A DNA stretch of 56,107 nt, the filler included, from Porpidia crustulata (taxonomy: Eukaryota): assembly GCA_964255105.1 (NCBI GenBank). It is 6 parts of 6 records of this genome, joined end to end, with 100 filler letters (N's around TTAATTAATTAA, not from the genome) between each part and the next. Parts side by side here need not be neighbours in the genome. Positions count along the whole stretch, not along the records: positions 18,748 to 28,015 come from CAXUWE010000966.1; positions 28,116 to 37,381 come from CAXUWE010000967.1; 4 more parts are not named here. One strand, given 5' to 3'. Numbering within the stretch: position 1 is the first letter of the stretch; every line of letters starts with the position of its first letter. The position numbers and the translations under genes were made by a program. This document shows, piece after piece, positions 25,659-37,481 of this stretch. The notes beneath the pieces were generated by a model. It searched no databases. It was not told the origin of the DNA and saw only the letters and a list, made by a program, of their open reading frames with translations.

Positions 25659-25787
25659 CCTCGGCTTCCTGTCACGCATGATCTGGTCCGACCCACCTTC
25701 TATTTACTTAGCCATACGTAAGATATTTTACAATACCGACCGACTGGCAAGACATTCGTTTCTTGGAGATCTCCTCCTGATCCTCGG
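25659..25787. promoter_or_regulatory. Two CCTCGG (CCGAGG) elements, candidate FarA/FarB (Ctf1-type) fatty-acid response sites
   Basis: CCTCGG at 25659-25664 and 25782-25787, within 200 bp upstream of the carnitine acetyltransferase ATG. This is the known core site of Aspergillus FarA/FarB in fatty-acid utilisation genes. Confidence 0.65.
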
Positions 25788-25851
25788 CTCACCGTGCTCC
25801 TATGTAAGGAGCATCCCCGTTCCAACCTAAATTCTTCATCCAAGTCCCGGA

Positions 25852-27983
25852 ATGTTGCAAGCTGTAGCACGCAGCCGCTCAACCTTTAGGACCAACTCGA
25901 CCAAGCTTCTATCTTCCCAGGTAGTCTGAACCGGGAACTCTCTCTCTGGGCATCGCTGATAGATTCCCATAGTCATTCGCCATGGCTCCTGCAAATGCGC
26001 GGAGCAACTCCTCCGCTCTTCCACAAGGTAGCTATACTTCCACTCGTCCGATTGGGCAAAACGCGCCATGTAATTGACCCGATGTGCCTTCAGGTTATCG
26101 AGAAGACAACTCCAAAGGCCCAATGTTGCGGTTTGAAGACTCACTGCCTCGTTTGCCGGTGCCGACTCTGGAGGAGACTGCCAAACGTTATCTGAAGTCC
26201 GTACATCCTCTACTGAATAAGTCGGAATTCGCCAGTACCTCGAAAGCCGTTGCGGACTTCATCAAGCCTGGTAGCATAGGGCCGGAACTTCAGAAAAGAT
26301 TGACCGCTCGCCGTGATGACCCAAAGCACAAGAATTGGATCTACGAATGGTGGAATGATGACGCATACCTCAGCTATAGAGACCCAGTGGTGCCATACGT
26401 GAGCTATTTCTACTCACATCGAGATGACAGAAGGCGTCGGAATCCAGCAAAACGAGCAGCAGCCATGACTACTGCAGCACTCGAGTTCAAAAAGCAGGTG
26501 GACGCTGGGACATTGGAACCGGAGTATATGAAGAGACTTCCAATAAGCATGGACGTATATCAATGGATGTTCAACGCATGTCGAATTCCGGGAGAAAAGC
26601 TAGACTATCCAGTCAAGTTCAGTCACGCGGAGCACAAGTATATCGTTGTCATGCGAAAGAATCAATTTTTCAAAGTCGAATATGAGGTTGCAGGACAGCA
26701 GCTTAACGCGTCCGAATTAGAAAAGCAATTCAAGCGCATCTACGAGAAAGCAGAAAAGTCACCAGCAGTTGGCGCGTTAACAAGCGAGAACCGCGATATC
26801 TGGTACTCGGCACGATCCGAACTCCTCGCCGCGAATTCCTCGAATGCTGCTGTCCTCCAAGCCATCGAAGCCTGCGCTTTCATAGTCTGCCTCGACGATG
26901 CTGCCCCGGTCACCCTGGAAGAACGCGCCCACGCGTACTGGCACGGCGATGGCATGAATCGATGGTTTGACAAACCTCTCCAATTCGTCATCAATGATAA
27001 CGGCACTTCCGGCTTCGTGGGGGAACATAGCATGATGGATGGCACCTCAACTCACCGCCTCAACGATTACACAAACATGCTCATCTTCACTAACAAGCTC
27101 GACCTCAGCGATCCAAGCATACGCTCCGACCTTCCCGAACCTCTAGCGCTCAAATTCCAACTCAACCCGACCGTCACCAAGGAAATCCACCGCGCCACCA
27201 CTGACTTTGACGCCGTGATCGCGCAGCACGAACTCAAAGTGCAAGCCTACCAAGGCTACGGCAAAGGCCTCATCAAGAAATTCAAATGCTCCCCTGACGC
27301 ATATGTTCAATTGGTCATCCAGCTCGCCTACTACAAAATGTATGGCATCAACCGCCCCACATACGAATCCGCCGCAACGCGACGCTTTCAAAAAGGCCGC
27401 ACCGAAACCTGCCGCACCGTCTCCGACGAATCCGTCGCTTTTTGCACCTCCATGGCCGACCCCGAAACCCCCCCTGAACACTGCGTCAAGGCCTTCCGGG
27501 CCGCCCTGGACGCGCACGTCAAGTACGTCAGCGATGCGAGCGATGGCAAGGGCGTGGACAGGCACCTATTCGGCTTGAAGAAATGCCTCAGAGAAGGAGA
27601 AGCGGTCCCGGAGATTTACAAAGACCGAGCTTTCGCCTATAGCTCGACATGGCGCATCAGCTCCAGCCAGCTTAGCAGTGAGTTTTTCAACGGCTACGGC
27701 TGGAGCCAAGTCGTCGAAGACGGGTGGGGTATCGCGTATATGATCAACGAAAATAGGTACGTATTCCTTCTCTCCTACTCGATTCATTAAACAATCGGTA
27801 GTTACCGGCTTGCTCTTCAACAACAGACTGGCTAACGCGTTTCGACTGCCCTACAGCATTCAATTCAACATCGTTTCTAAAGGTCTCGGCAGCGAGCGCA
27901 TGAGCTTTTGGCTCAACGAGGCGGCGGGCGAGGTCCGAGATCTACTACTACCGACACTCGAGGGGCCGAGGGCGAAGCTGTAG
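25852..27983 (+). CDS. CAT2: Carnitine O-acetyltransferase, mitochondrial/peroxisomal (Cat2/AcuJ)
   Basis: Exons 25852-25920, 25973-26027, 26094-27756, 27857-27983. Motifs SLPRLPVPTLEET, NRWFDK, EHSMMDG (catalytic His), YESAATRRF.KGRTE, GVDRHL and SSSQL; C-terminal PTS1 AKL*. Confidence 0.96.
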
Positions 27984-28015
27984 GAGTGGCGCGCTGTGTG
28001 GTTTCGGGCGGATAT

Positions 28016-28115
28016 NNNNNNNNNNNNNNNNNNNNNNNNNNNNNNNNNNNNNNNNNNNNTTAATTAATTAANNNNNNNNNNNNNNNNNNNNNNNNNNNNN
28101 NNNNNNNNNNNNNNN
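28016..28115. other. Artificial contig spacer
   Basis: N44-TTAATTAATTAA-N44. Confidence 0.98.
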
Positions 28116-28266
28116 GTGTTTGGATTTTACTAGGGATGGGGGGGGTGGTTGGAGGTGTACATATTGCTAGGTTTTGATGGATAGACTGTATGATAGAGAA
28201 CGCCATTCCGTCCCATGTAGAAACGAGACCGCAGCTACCAAGCTAGAACGCCACTGGAACCCTCCG

Positions 28267-29302
28267 TCAACCCAAGACAGCGGCCAAGATTATGATGACA
28301 AGCACCAACGCCAGTATCAGCAGCAAACAGCAGGCCTTCGACCTTGCGCTCTTCTGGTACCGACTGGCACTCCTCAACTCAATGTCCGCTTCTCTTGTAT
28401 CTCCAACCACGTTCTGAACATTCGCATCTATCGAATCGAGCTGTGCCCCCTGTTCATGCACAATATGCGCAACATCCCGGAACAACTCATTAAGCTCTCC
28501 AACACTCTGCTCGATATTCCTGATCTCGGATTCTCGCTCCACGATCAACGATTCCTGGAAATTCACCTCATCCTGCGATGCCATACGCAGTTGCTCTTGC
28601 TCCTGCACTTGGGACTGCTGTTGCGAAGGGCTGTCGGCGTAAGGGTGTGACGAGTCCTGCGCATCAACTGCGGTACGAGCGGCGGAAGCGGAAGCTTGTT
28701 GTTTCTCGAGAGCGAGACGTTGGATGGTTTGGAACTCGGAGCCTGAGGCTTGGAATTCGCGCCATAGCTTCTGTTGAGTGTATCTTTGGGAGGCCTGCGG
28801 TAGAAACTCGTTAGACCATTTGAATAAATAGAGCGAGGAATACCTCCTACATTCAAATCCTCCCATGTCGTCAACTTCTTCACGCCTTCACCAACGTCCT
28901 TGAACCCTTCTCTCGCTTGCTACGGGTCAGATTAGATAGCGTTCCATATGCAGGCAAAGCATGGACCCACCCCAAGTAGATCGTTGACTCTTTCCCTGAC
29001 TCGTTCAGTCTCTCTTCGTGTACCAAGCAAGTTTATTTGCTGTAACAAGCGAGCGATGTTTGAGGTCTACGGAGTCTTGTAAGCGAATTGCCCACTTCTG
29101 CTTTGGTAGGCCGTAACGCGTACGAGAGAGAATAGCTTCACGGACAACTCTTCGGAGTAGCGACTGAACTCAGGATCATCGCCTAGAAAGTCAGGAATCT
29201 CTTCATAATGCCTACACGAGGTAACATACGGTATTCGGGATCCTCCCCTCTCCTCATATCGGTCGGTTGCGACTCCAAAGCGGCGGAACGATCGAAGCTC
29301 AT
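28267..29302 (-). CDS. PEP12: Endosomal/vacuolar syntaxin (Qa-SNARE) Pep12
   Basis: Five exons: MSFDRSAALESQPT..., Habc region (LGTRRETERVRERV), SNARE motif ERESEIRNIEQSVGELNELFRDVAHIVHEQGAQLDSIDANV, C-terminal TM CCLLLILALVLVIIILAAVLG*. Confidence 0.92.
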
Positions 29303-29493
29303 GGTGAGAAGTTTGAGATGTAGCAAAATCTATACGAGGGTATAACGAACGGTCGTGTATAAATGAAGCCGATGGAGGTAAGATGTTCAAGTTGTCGATG
29401 AAGCTGGCCTATCATACACCGTCGTGGTCTGAAGGTTGACGTAAGTGTCCTTGGTAGCACGTGACAGTGAGTTTTAGGCTTTCCATTTCTGAC

Positions 29494-29609
29494 TACTCGT
29501 TCCCACCCCCAAACGGTCCGCGCTAGTTAAGATTAGTCAATATAACCCTAACCCTACGCTGTAGCCCTAACCCTAGGTAGGGCGGACCGTTTGGGGGTGG
29601 GAACGAATA
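29494..29609. mobile_element. Putative 112-bp MITE (Tc1/mariner-pogo type) with ~30-bp TIRs, TA flanks and internal telomere-like repeats
   Basis: Left CTCGTTCCCACCCCCAAACGGTCCGCGCTA (29496-29525) versus the reverse complement of 29578-29607: 28/30 identical, with a 25-bp perfect core. TA at 29494-95 and 29608-09. Confidence 0.75.
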
Positions 29610-32093
29610 GGTAAGAGAGTTAACCGGGCTGCCTTATCAAATTGATTAATGCCTGAGGCACCTACAATCCAGCGTCACTTCCATTAAATGGGCATCCGAA
29701 ACGTTGTGAAGAGACCGCAAAGAATCGTGCAGTATCATCACGATGTTCAAGTTTTCTATTTATAAAATAATTGATCACAATTCATGCAAAGAGGGGAGAC
29801 AATTGTTTGTTGAATAAGTCCCACGGTGAGAATCTAACAAGATCATGGACTCAGTGATAATGAATAAACAACCGCCTTTGAGGTTCGTCAAGAAATTGAA
29901 TCATTGTAGGACTTGGTCTAAATCAACGAAAATTTCCCTTTATGCATGACTTATGACCAAGACTCTTACGGCAGAGAAGAACCTCCCCTAAGTAGAATTC
30001 GGATATTTCGGGTGACTCGAAATGTCACCGCTACCAGGATTTGCTTCATTCAACTTGACTCTTGACGACGTTTGGCTTTGTGGTTTCCAGAGTGCCGGAC
30101 CGGCTTCACACTCCTTAATCTATGCACAACTGGAAAGCTACAAGCTTCTAGATAATCCTTGAAAATAGAGTAGAATCATGACACAGCAAAGCCACGGCGT
30201 ACTGCACGCTGCCCGTAGATTCAACAGTCTGGGTATGTACAATTAGCTGCTACATTGTTGAAACTCCAAAGATTGAATGCAAAATTTGACATTGTCCAAG
30301 AAAGGGGAAATTTATGGATATTCTGTCACGAAAACTGGATAATGTAGCTTGAACGCAGATACCCAGATACTGTAAGCAGAACAAGGCGGAACCACTGTTA
30401 TTCGAGTAGACTTTGCAAAAAATCGTTCCTCTCTTCCAGGAGCGAATCGTAGATGTGCATACCTGTTTCTTTAATTGAAGACGCCAAGGACGGCAAGTCC
30501 TGCCATTAATCAGCTGGATAGCCCTTGGGGCCGTAACTAGCTGACTTGGGGCCGGTCCTAGCGCTCAGGTGCACAAAAGTTCTTTATATCCCAAAAAAAA
30601 GCGAGTGGTGGCGGGAGTATCTCACGAGGTGGCGCTGCATGGCCCCAAGCTAACAGGCGGCTCGTCACATGATTGAGTGTATAAACGGAGGGAGTGATGA
30701 AATCGACGATCTTGGGTGATTCTCGCTGTTGAAGTATTATCTCCGATTTTGATATTCATGCATAATAATGGACGTGAGCTTCTGAACCGCAACGCTTGGT
30801 AACAATCCATTGCAACTCATACACATTTCGCAGCTGACATAAAACGTCCCCCAACGACATGACTCGAGTATCAATTCTCCCCCGTTAGCTTTGAACCGAA
30901 GAACTACTGTCGTCAAGACAAAAATGCACCATCAACAATAGCCGTGCTGACACGGTTGGTCAAAGGAAGGATTTCGAGCAGATTTGAGACGCACAGAACA
31001 ACATCGCAGATAATGCGTCTGAGAGCCAATAGGAAGTGGCCGCTTGATGGACTACCTGTCAACTTGCTTGATGGATGAAAGTAGTATGCATTCGGGACGA
31101 AACAAGATGAGGCGGTGAAGTAGTCGCAGAGATATCGCTTGCTTGACTTGGAGAATTCGTTGGAGCATGTGGCGGTTCACACAAGTCTCTGCCGTGCTTT
31201 CGCACTTTGACAGATGCTCTTGTCCGTAGCGGCGATAGTAGTGGTAGTGGTAGGGGTAGTGGTAGAAGTAGTGGTCGTAATAATAATAGTAGTAGAGTCG
31301 GGTAATACGTGGATTGGTAATCCAAAATGGACTTTTACGTGTTTACATACCTAAACCCTCACCCGAAACTCAAAAGAGCCGGGTCCCATCATGCAGGCAT
31401 CTTTTGACACAAAATCTCACTCTAAACGGAAGTGGGAAATCTCATCGCCCCCAAAACCCCGCACGCCACTGCTGCTCTACCCGCCGCCTTTTGATAATCC
31501 CGATCAATTCTCCGAAAACCCCGCCAGTGCGACGTGCAGGTCATGTGGCACAAAGGAAAAGTCTATCTAAGTGCCTTAGCACCTTAGGATGATGACGACA
31601 ACGGGTGCATCGTGAATCGTCATGTAGCTTCGCAAGGGAAAATTGGAATTATTTATTTTTGTAACTCTATAGGTATCGAGATCATTCGTGAGGTTCGTAA
31701 AGTTATGTATATACAATGGAAATGGTATCGCTGTGTTGATGTAGTAACAGGTTGCATGGCCCCCTCACCATCCCCAGGAGGACTCCCTCTGGTGCTTGAT
31801 GTGGGCCGGCCTGCAGCACGAAAAAGGCGAAAAATGCAGGACGACACCAGGCCCAAGCGCCAATCACACCATTCGGCGTGATGTATGCGTCTATGTCGAT
31901 ATGCAGCTGCTATCCCAAGCAAACGCAAGGAGTGGAGTTGGATGATGGAAGATCGATATGCTCGGAACGTGCATCGAGAAGTAGACCATCACGATGCTGG
32001 TGGGTTGGAGGGTGGATGACCTTTGGGGTCTTGGTGATTTGCTAGCAGGAGGGTTGGCGTATATGTACAAGTCTTAGAGACTTTCGGTGGCAT

Positions 32094-33170
32094 TCAATCT
32101 TCCAGAGTGGGGAAGCGATGATCGCGCATCCCATTGCTTGACTTCTTCTTCCACCCAAGCATCTTCTTCCATGTGTCATTGCGACCCTTGGGACTGCTAC
32201 CCCCAATATCGCTTGATGGGGGCGTCGTTGGAGGTGTCATGGGTTCTCTGCTTGGACTCGTAGCGCTTGCTGAATCGTCAGTCAAGGTACAGTCGCCGCT
32301 CCCACTGGATAGATGACTAGGTGCCCGTGCCCTACCGCTTTTGCTGGCAGTGGCGTTGTGATTTGATGTAACAGGGTGACGACTTGCCGCCCGCGGGGTA
32401 AATGCAAGATCCAAAGACGACGTTACGGGGGATATCGTCCTCCGCGACCGGGATCGTCGTGACCTTCGCTGTTTCGAGCTGATACGCGTAGAGCGTTGAT
32501 TGTCATCAGAGTCATTCCACTCATCGTGGTAGGACTGTGCCCCTCTGACCGACGGGACCTCATTCAAGAAGGATACCAGGACCGACTCTTCCATCAGGTC
32601 ATAAATTATTTTCACGGCGTCGTCAAGCACTTCGGGTCGTGGAGGAGCGGGATGATTTGGCAGCGATAGAAGAGTTTCTCTGGCTTGGCTCGGGATGTTG
32701 ATCTCTCGAGGGCCATCAGGTACTATATAGGCAGCCAACAATCTCTGCCATAGCATGCGAAGGTATCCACAGTCTTCGAAATCAGGCGTCATTGGCATGC
32801 CAGCCATCTGTGCGGCAAGTACGTCAAATTGTTCTCGGTACCGCTCCGCGTCCATGGTGAATTCGAGATTTTCTAGGCAGTGGTTTTGTGAGAGGAAGGC
32901 CGTGAAAGCGCTTAACGTCCATGGTGGCGGCGCAGAATTGGATAATACTTCAGCCAGACTTGGTCTTTGGGGGCAATAAGGTCCGACTGATTGTATGTCG
33001 AGATTGGAGCTGGTGTCACTCATGGGTCGAGAAGAGTCGGCGTCTCCAGTTGACATTGTCTCTTCGTCGTCTGCGTCCCAATCCGATATAACAGTAGAGG
33101 AGCGAGGTGATGTCTCCGGCGAGGGAGTTGATAGATACAGTGACGGCGGACTAGCTTTCCGGCGGATCAT
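32094..33170 (-). CDS. rgsA: Regulator of G-protein signalling, RgsA/Rgs2 type (single RGS domain)
   Basis: Intronless ORF with RPSLAEVLSNSAPPPWTLSAFTAFLSQNHCLENLEFTMDAERY...YIVPDGPREINIP...IYDLMEESVLVSFL and a Ser/Arg-rich tail with PMTPPTTPP. First ATG is 33170; the frame is open further upstream. Confidence 0.9.
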   Translation of the reverse strand: MIRRKASPPSLYLSTPSPETSPRSSTVISDWDADDEETMSTGDADSSRPMSDTSSNLDIQSVGPYCPQRPSLAEVLSNSAPPPWTLSAFTAFLSQNHCLENLEFTMDAERYREQFDVLAAQMAGMPMTPDFEDCGYLRMLWQRLLAAYIVPDGPREINIPSQARETLLSLPNHPAPPRPEVLDDAVKIIYDLMEESVLVSFLNEVPSVRGAQSYHDEWNDSDDNQRSTRISSKQRRSRRSRSRRTISPVTSSLDLAFTPRAASRHPVTSNHNATASKSGRARAPSHLSSGSGDCTLTDDSASATSPSREPMTPPTTPPSSDIGGSSPKGRNDTWKKMLGWKKKSSNGMRDHRFPTLED

Positions 33171-35169
33171 GGCGCGCTTCCACAATCGTATCCTTGAGCC
33201 TTTCCAATCACTTCCCCCAGCCTTCGTAGCCTGTGATGCGTTGAGAACCGAGCTTCGATACGTGATAGGATCAAAGCGAGCCACTTTAACCAATGCCTCG
33301 AAAATCCGAGGAAGAGCTAGATTGTTGAGACTCCAGCGTACCGTTGTGAGTGATGCGTCGACGAGGTAAGGTGTTTTCGAGGCGTACAGATGCGTTCTCC
33401 GAACCAGGAAATATTATTTGCTTTGTGCGCCCGTAAAATGCACAGTTCATGGGAATGGAATCGGATTAACTCGTCAAGATTGCTCGTTGGTTTGGGTCAC
33501 GCAGGCACCCAACACTTGTCGCAAGCCCGCTGTCAAACAAACGCCGTTATCCTCCGATGTGTCACACAGTTGTGCGTCAACGACAGGTAACCACCGGAAA
33601 GCAGCAGATGTGCAAACAATTTTCTGTTGAGTCGAATGGTTGCCCAAAAGTAGGGAGTAGTTGATAAAGAGTGACGTTTGACGTATACCGATGGTGCAAC
33701 TAACAGTAGGAACAGTGTATGTCCTTTGAACTTGAGAGTCAGCGTGAGGGCGGATCTAGGTAATCCAAGTGACTTTTGATGGGAGCTTCGCACAACAGTG
33801 AGGAATGTGTGACTTGGAAAAGCGTTGTGATGTTTTGATGCGGTGCTACGGAGGAGAGGGTTGAGGCATGGTAGGCACAGGGTATGATATGTGAGACCGA
33901 AATTTGGTGGAGAATGGAAGACTAGTAGCATGCAATGGAAGGAATTTGCTTAGCGTCGAAGCTTTCTTAGCCTCCTTCGAGAACGATTGCGTCAAGCCAA
34001 TCAGCTCCTTGTTCTTTGGAATGTATTTTCTGCTGATTACTTCTGAACCCTGGCTTACCTATTGCTCCCTACTACATCACTAAAGTACCATAAGCGCTTG
34101 AAGAACCCAGTACGTCCCCGTGCCATTTATTGCCGCCAAGTCAGACAAGCAATCCTTTACTCCTCGAATTGACCCCTGGTCTACTACCCTGGATGAGGAA
34201 GCCAGACTGTCTCTCGGAGAAATAACTCCACTGTTGACTCACAGCTCCGTGTGTGTAGGGTATGTGTAGGTTTGCTCGGAAAGGGCAGGCATAATTCAGG
34301 GCTTGGCATGACTCGGTAGTGGAACATACGACGCTGCCTCGACGAATCGTCACGACAATCGTAATCCACCACAATAATACAGCGAACAGCGAATCACCCC
34401 CACTTCTTCACTGCAAACAGGGTTGAGGTCACTGATTGGCTGTAGAATTTCCAATGTCACGCGTGATTGGCCGATTGCCACTGAGCGACCGATGCCGCTT
34501 TATCCTAGGCAGCCGGCCCTGGCTTCGTGAATAATGTGTGAATAATGACTGGCTGGCTGCATGCCGAACGCAATGTTTAATCATAATTATACTCTTAAAG
34601 TAATCATTTGGCCGTCAGCAGACACGGCTTTTCCACTTATTGCGCCTATGACTATTCTAGCTTCTCCTAGTCCTTCTGGAAGACTTCCGCAGCCGGTTAG
34701 TTACGTAGATCGTCCCACGGCCAAATGCCGGCCACCCTGCCACCCTAAGGCTGCGCTTCTATCGTTGCATTGCCGCCAATAGCTACCAGCTTTCTCGGTA
34801 GTATTCTCGCCTTTCGCCAGCAGTGAGATTGCCTCGGTCATTGTTCACAATCGACTGGCTCCCCATCTGGACACCTACCGTAGCACCGCTAGGTGTCCGT
34901 CTATGCCGAGATGGCGGTACCTGTCCGACCATCCTTGCCATGGCTGACCTTGGTAAGGCTCAATTTCGCCTTGTCGGATCTGGCGAGACATCGGCAGCCA
35001 GCAATCAGGCAACACTCATGGTAGAATAAGGGCAGAGATACACGTCCCACCAACGTATATCAAACTAAGCTCGAGCCTGTGCAATCGCTTCCGGCATTGC
35101 GGTGAGACGCATCTTCGCTACCACCCTTAGCCGAGTGATCCCTCTGTTTGTCGCCAGTCGTTGTTGCTC

Positions 35170-37136
35170 TCACATCGGTGTGCCATTGGCGTGTAGCCGA
35201 ATGCGAGTACCAGATACAGTCTCAAGGTTTGCGACGCTGATATCCCATCCAGCTGCTTCGAGTCGCTCAATGCAAATATCCCAACGTTTGGACAGACTCG
35301 TCAGCGTGTCCTCGAGCAGCTCGAGTGAATGGTCAGCCGAAGCGCTTGTCGCATCTTGTTGAATGGAGCGGCGAGCTACCCAGAGGCCGAGGGCCCACGC
35401 CTTCAACTGTGATTTTGACGAAGCTCCATGCTTGAGCACAATCAAACTCATTCTATCCGAGACATCATACCATACCAGGTACTCCTCAAGGCTGAATGCT
35501 CTGACAAGCTTCATTAAAAGCAGATTCTCATCGCGTAGAGAACCTGTTGAAGTATGCGTAGCTTCCCAAGAGCTCATGAGACCTTGTAAAGGAATTCCAA
35601 TCTTGGCTTTAGCGATTGGGAATGACCCTCTCCATCGTAGCACGCCATCCCACTCGAAGATGCGCTCTTGAGCAGATACCTCTTCTGGCGTCAAGACCTT
35701 GTCCTGTTCCAAGAAAGTTGATAGTACTATGTTGGCCCTCTGCCGGTTCAGACTGTGCATGCTAACCGCTCTCACTGCTGCGTGATTCATTGCCAAGTGT
35801 ACTGCGAGCAATAAGACGAGGCAAGACCATGTCGCTGTTGAAGTAGACACGTAAGAGACCACGACACTACCCGCCTGCGGTTTGACGAATTAGGCCTTCC
35901 AATGAAAGCGTGGGAGCCGAACCTACCAACATTCCCATCAATGAAATGATCGTTTCCTGACTTGAATCTTTCTACATTGATATAGGATCAGCTGCCTGAC
36001 ATCCGAAATTCTCGTAACATATCTCCTATCTTATCTGAGGCTTGCATGACCGATGCAGCATGCCCCAAGGAAGGCGGCGGGTGTCGAAACATGACGTTGC
36101 CGCCAATCGGTCACAGACGCTATCACCGAAGACGAATGCAGTAGAAATCAAAATGAATAATCATGTGAAAATAGTGTCGCCGGCAATGGGGTTTTGCAGT
36201 GGGAGCGTCACAAGCATCGCAGCGAGTATAGTTTACCGAATGAATTAAAATCATCGGCTGTCACTCACCGCATTGAGCTCTCCTAAGTTTCCCCACTTTG
36301 CAAAATGAGCACTGAGGCTTGCCTTGGAGCTTCCAGCCGCAACGCCGCACAATGCTCTTAGTACGCTCGAGAAGCTTAACAGAAGCACCCTCGGCGCCTT
36401 TGGTAGCCTAGGACTTAGGCAATCCAAGACCATAGCCGCGTCGTTGAAGACGTCGGCGGCGAGCCTATACATTTTACACTCGGGCTCGAGCGAGGTACCA
36501 AGCTTATGCGCAAACAGGATCGTTGCTATCCTGCCCATGCTCTCTTGCAGCACGGACAAGAGGAGTGCGGCAGTGGGCGAGGCTGATGCATCGCCTACTC
36601 CAACGCCTGAGAAAGTCGTGTCAAATCGCTAGCTTCAGGGCGGCTGTAGAAAGGAAATTGCACCTTCCAGGACTGCTCTGGAGGACAGAAGCCCTGCTAT
36701 CGAGCTCGAGAATGCTTGAAGGGAATCCTGCAAGGTACGTCAAACGTGGGGACTTTCAAGGACATGGCATCAGCGTGAGCGGCTTTACATATATTTGATA
36801 CCTAGGAGGACGTTAGTATAACAATCACATCTAATCATCTTCCCCGTTAGCTCCCAGCCGTCTTGTGAAGAACCCTACCGCATGTAATCGTTCGTGACGC
36901 TGTGAGGGTACCCCGCCGGAAGGAATACACTCAGCATTCGTACCCATAAGCTGCTCTTGTTCTCAAGCCTCTTCCAATATCATCCTATCAGCTAGTGTAA
37001 CATCCGCTATCCAAATCCATTGCAAGGGTAGCAAGCTCACAATGATATCGATCCTCGCATTACCATTTGAGCGAGACTCGATATACGTGGCGTTCAAGGC
37101 TCCCGTCTCGTCATGTTCATCAATGCGAACATCCAT
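35170..37136 (-). CDS. DUF647 / RUS1 (ROOT UVB SENSITIVE)-family protein
   Basis: Spliced motifs VFLPAGYPHSVTNDY, YQIY|DSLQAFSSSIAGLLSSRAVL, GVGVGD, ECKMYRLAADVFND, NLGELNA|KDSSQETIISLMGML and HLAMNHAAVRAVSMHSLNRQRA. Includes a ~300-nt intron near 35973-36269. Confidence 0.9.
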
Positions 37137-37381
37137 ATTTATGGACGAAAGAAGCCTTCTAGAGCGCCTCGCTTGTAGAGGTGTACCTTTCTTGATTCTT
37201 CGGTTACAATTACCCCAGTCAAACAGAACCTCGCTAAGCAGTTATCGATAAGGGTGCAACTGCCTGAGGCTCACTTCGCGAACACTAAAGATTGTTCAAC
37301 AATTGGTTTTTCAGAGGATACACAATTTGCCTTTTATCCGCTGTTACCTGGTAAACTGCCCGGTGACCTTCAGACCACGCC

Positions 37382-37481
37382 NNNNNNNNNNNNNNNNNNN
37401 NNNNNNNNNNNNNNNNNNNNNNNNNTTAATTAATTAANNNNNNNNNNNNNNNNNNNNNNNNNNNNNNNNNNNNNNNNNNNN
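37382..37481. other. Artificial contig spacer
   Basis: N44-TTAATTAATTAA-N44. Confidence 0.98.

Noticed and set aside
26740..27823. Long antisense and alternative-frame ORFs over CAT2 (similarly over the CLC, INN1, PEP4, RPT3 and SWI1 genes)
   Set aside because: Shadow ORFs expected from codon bias of the real genes; most start at TTG/GTG.
31235..31297. Imperfect (GTAGTG)n/(TAA)n microsatellite producing an LPLPLP ORF on the minus strand
   Set aside because: Simple-sequence repeat in intergenic or 3' UTR DNA with no evidence of coding function.
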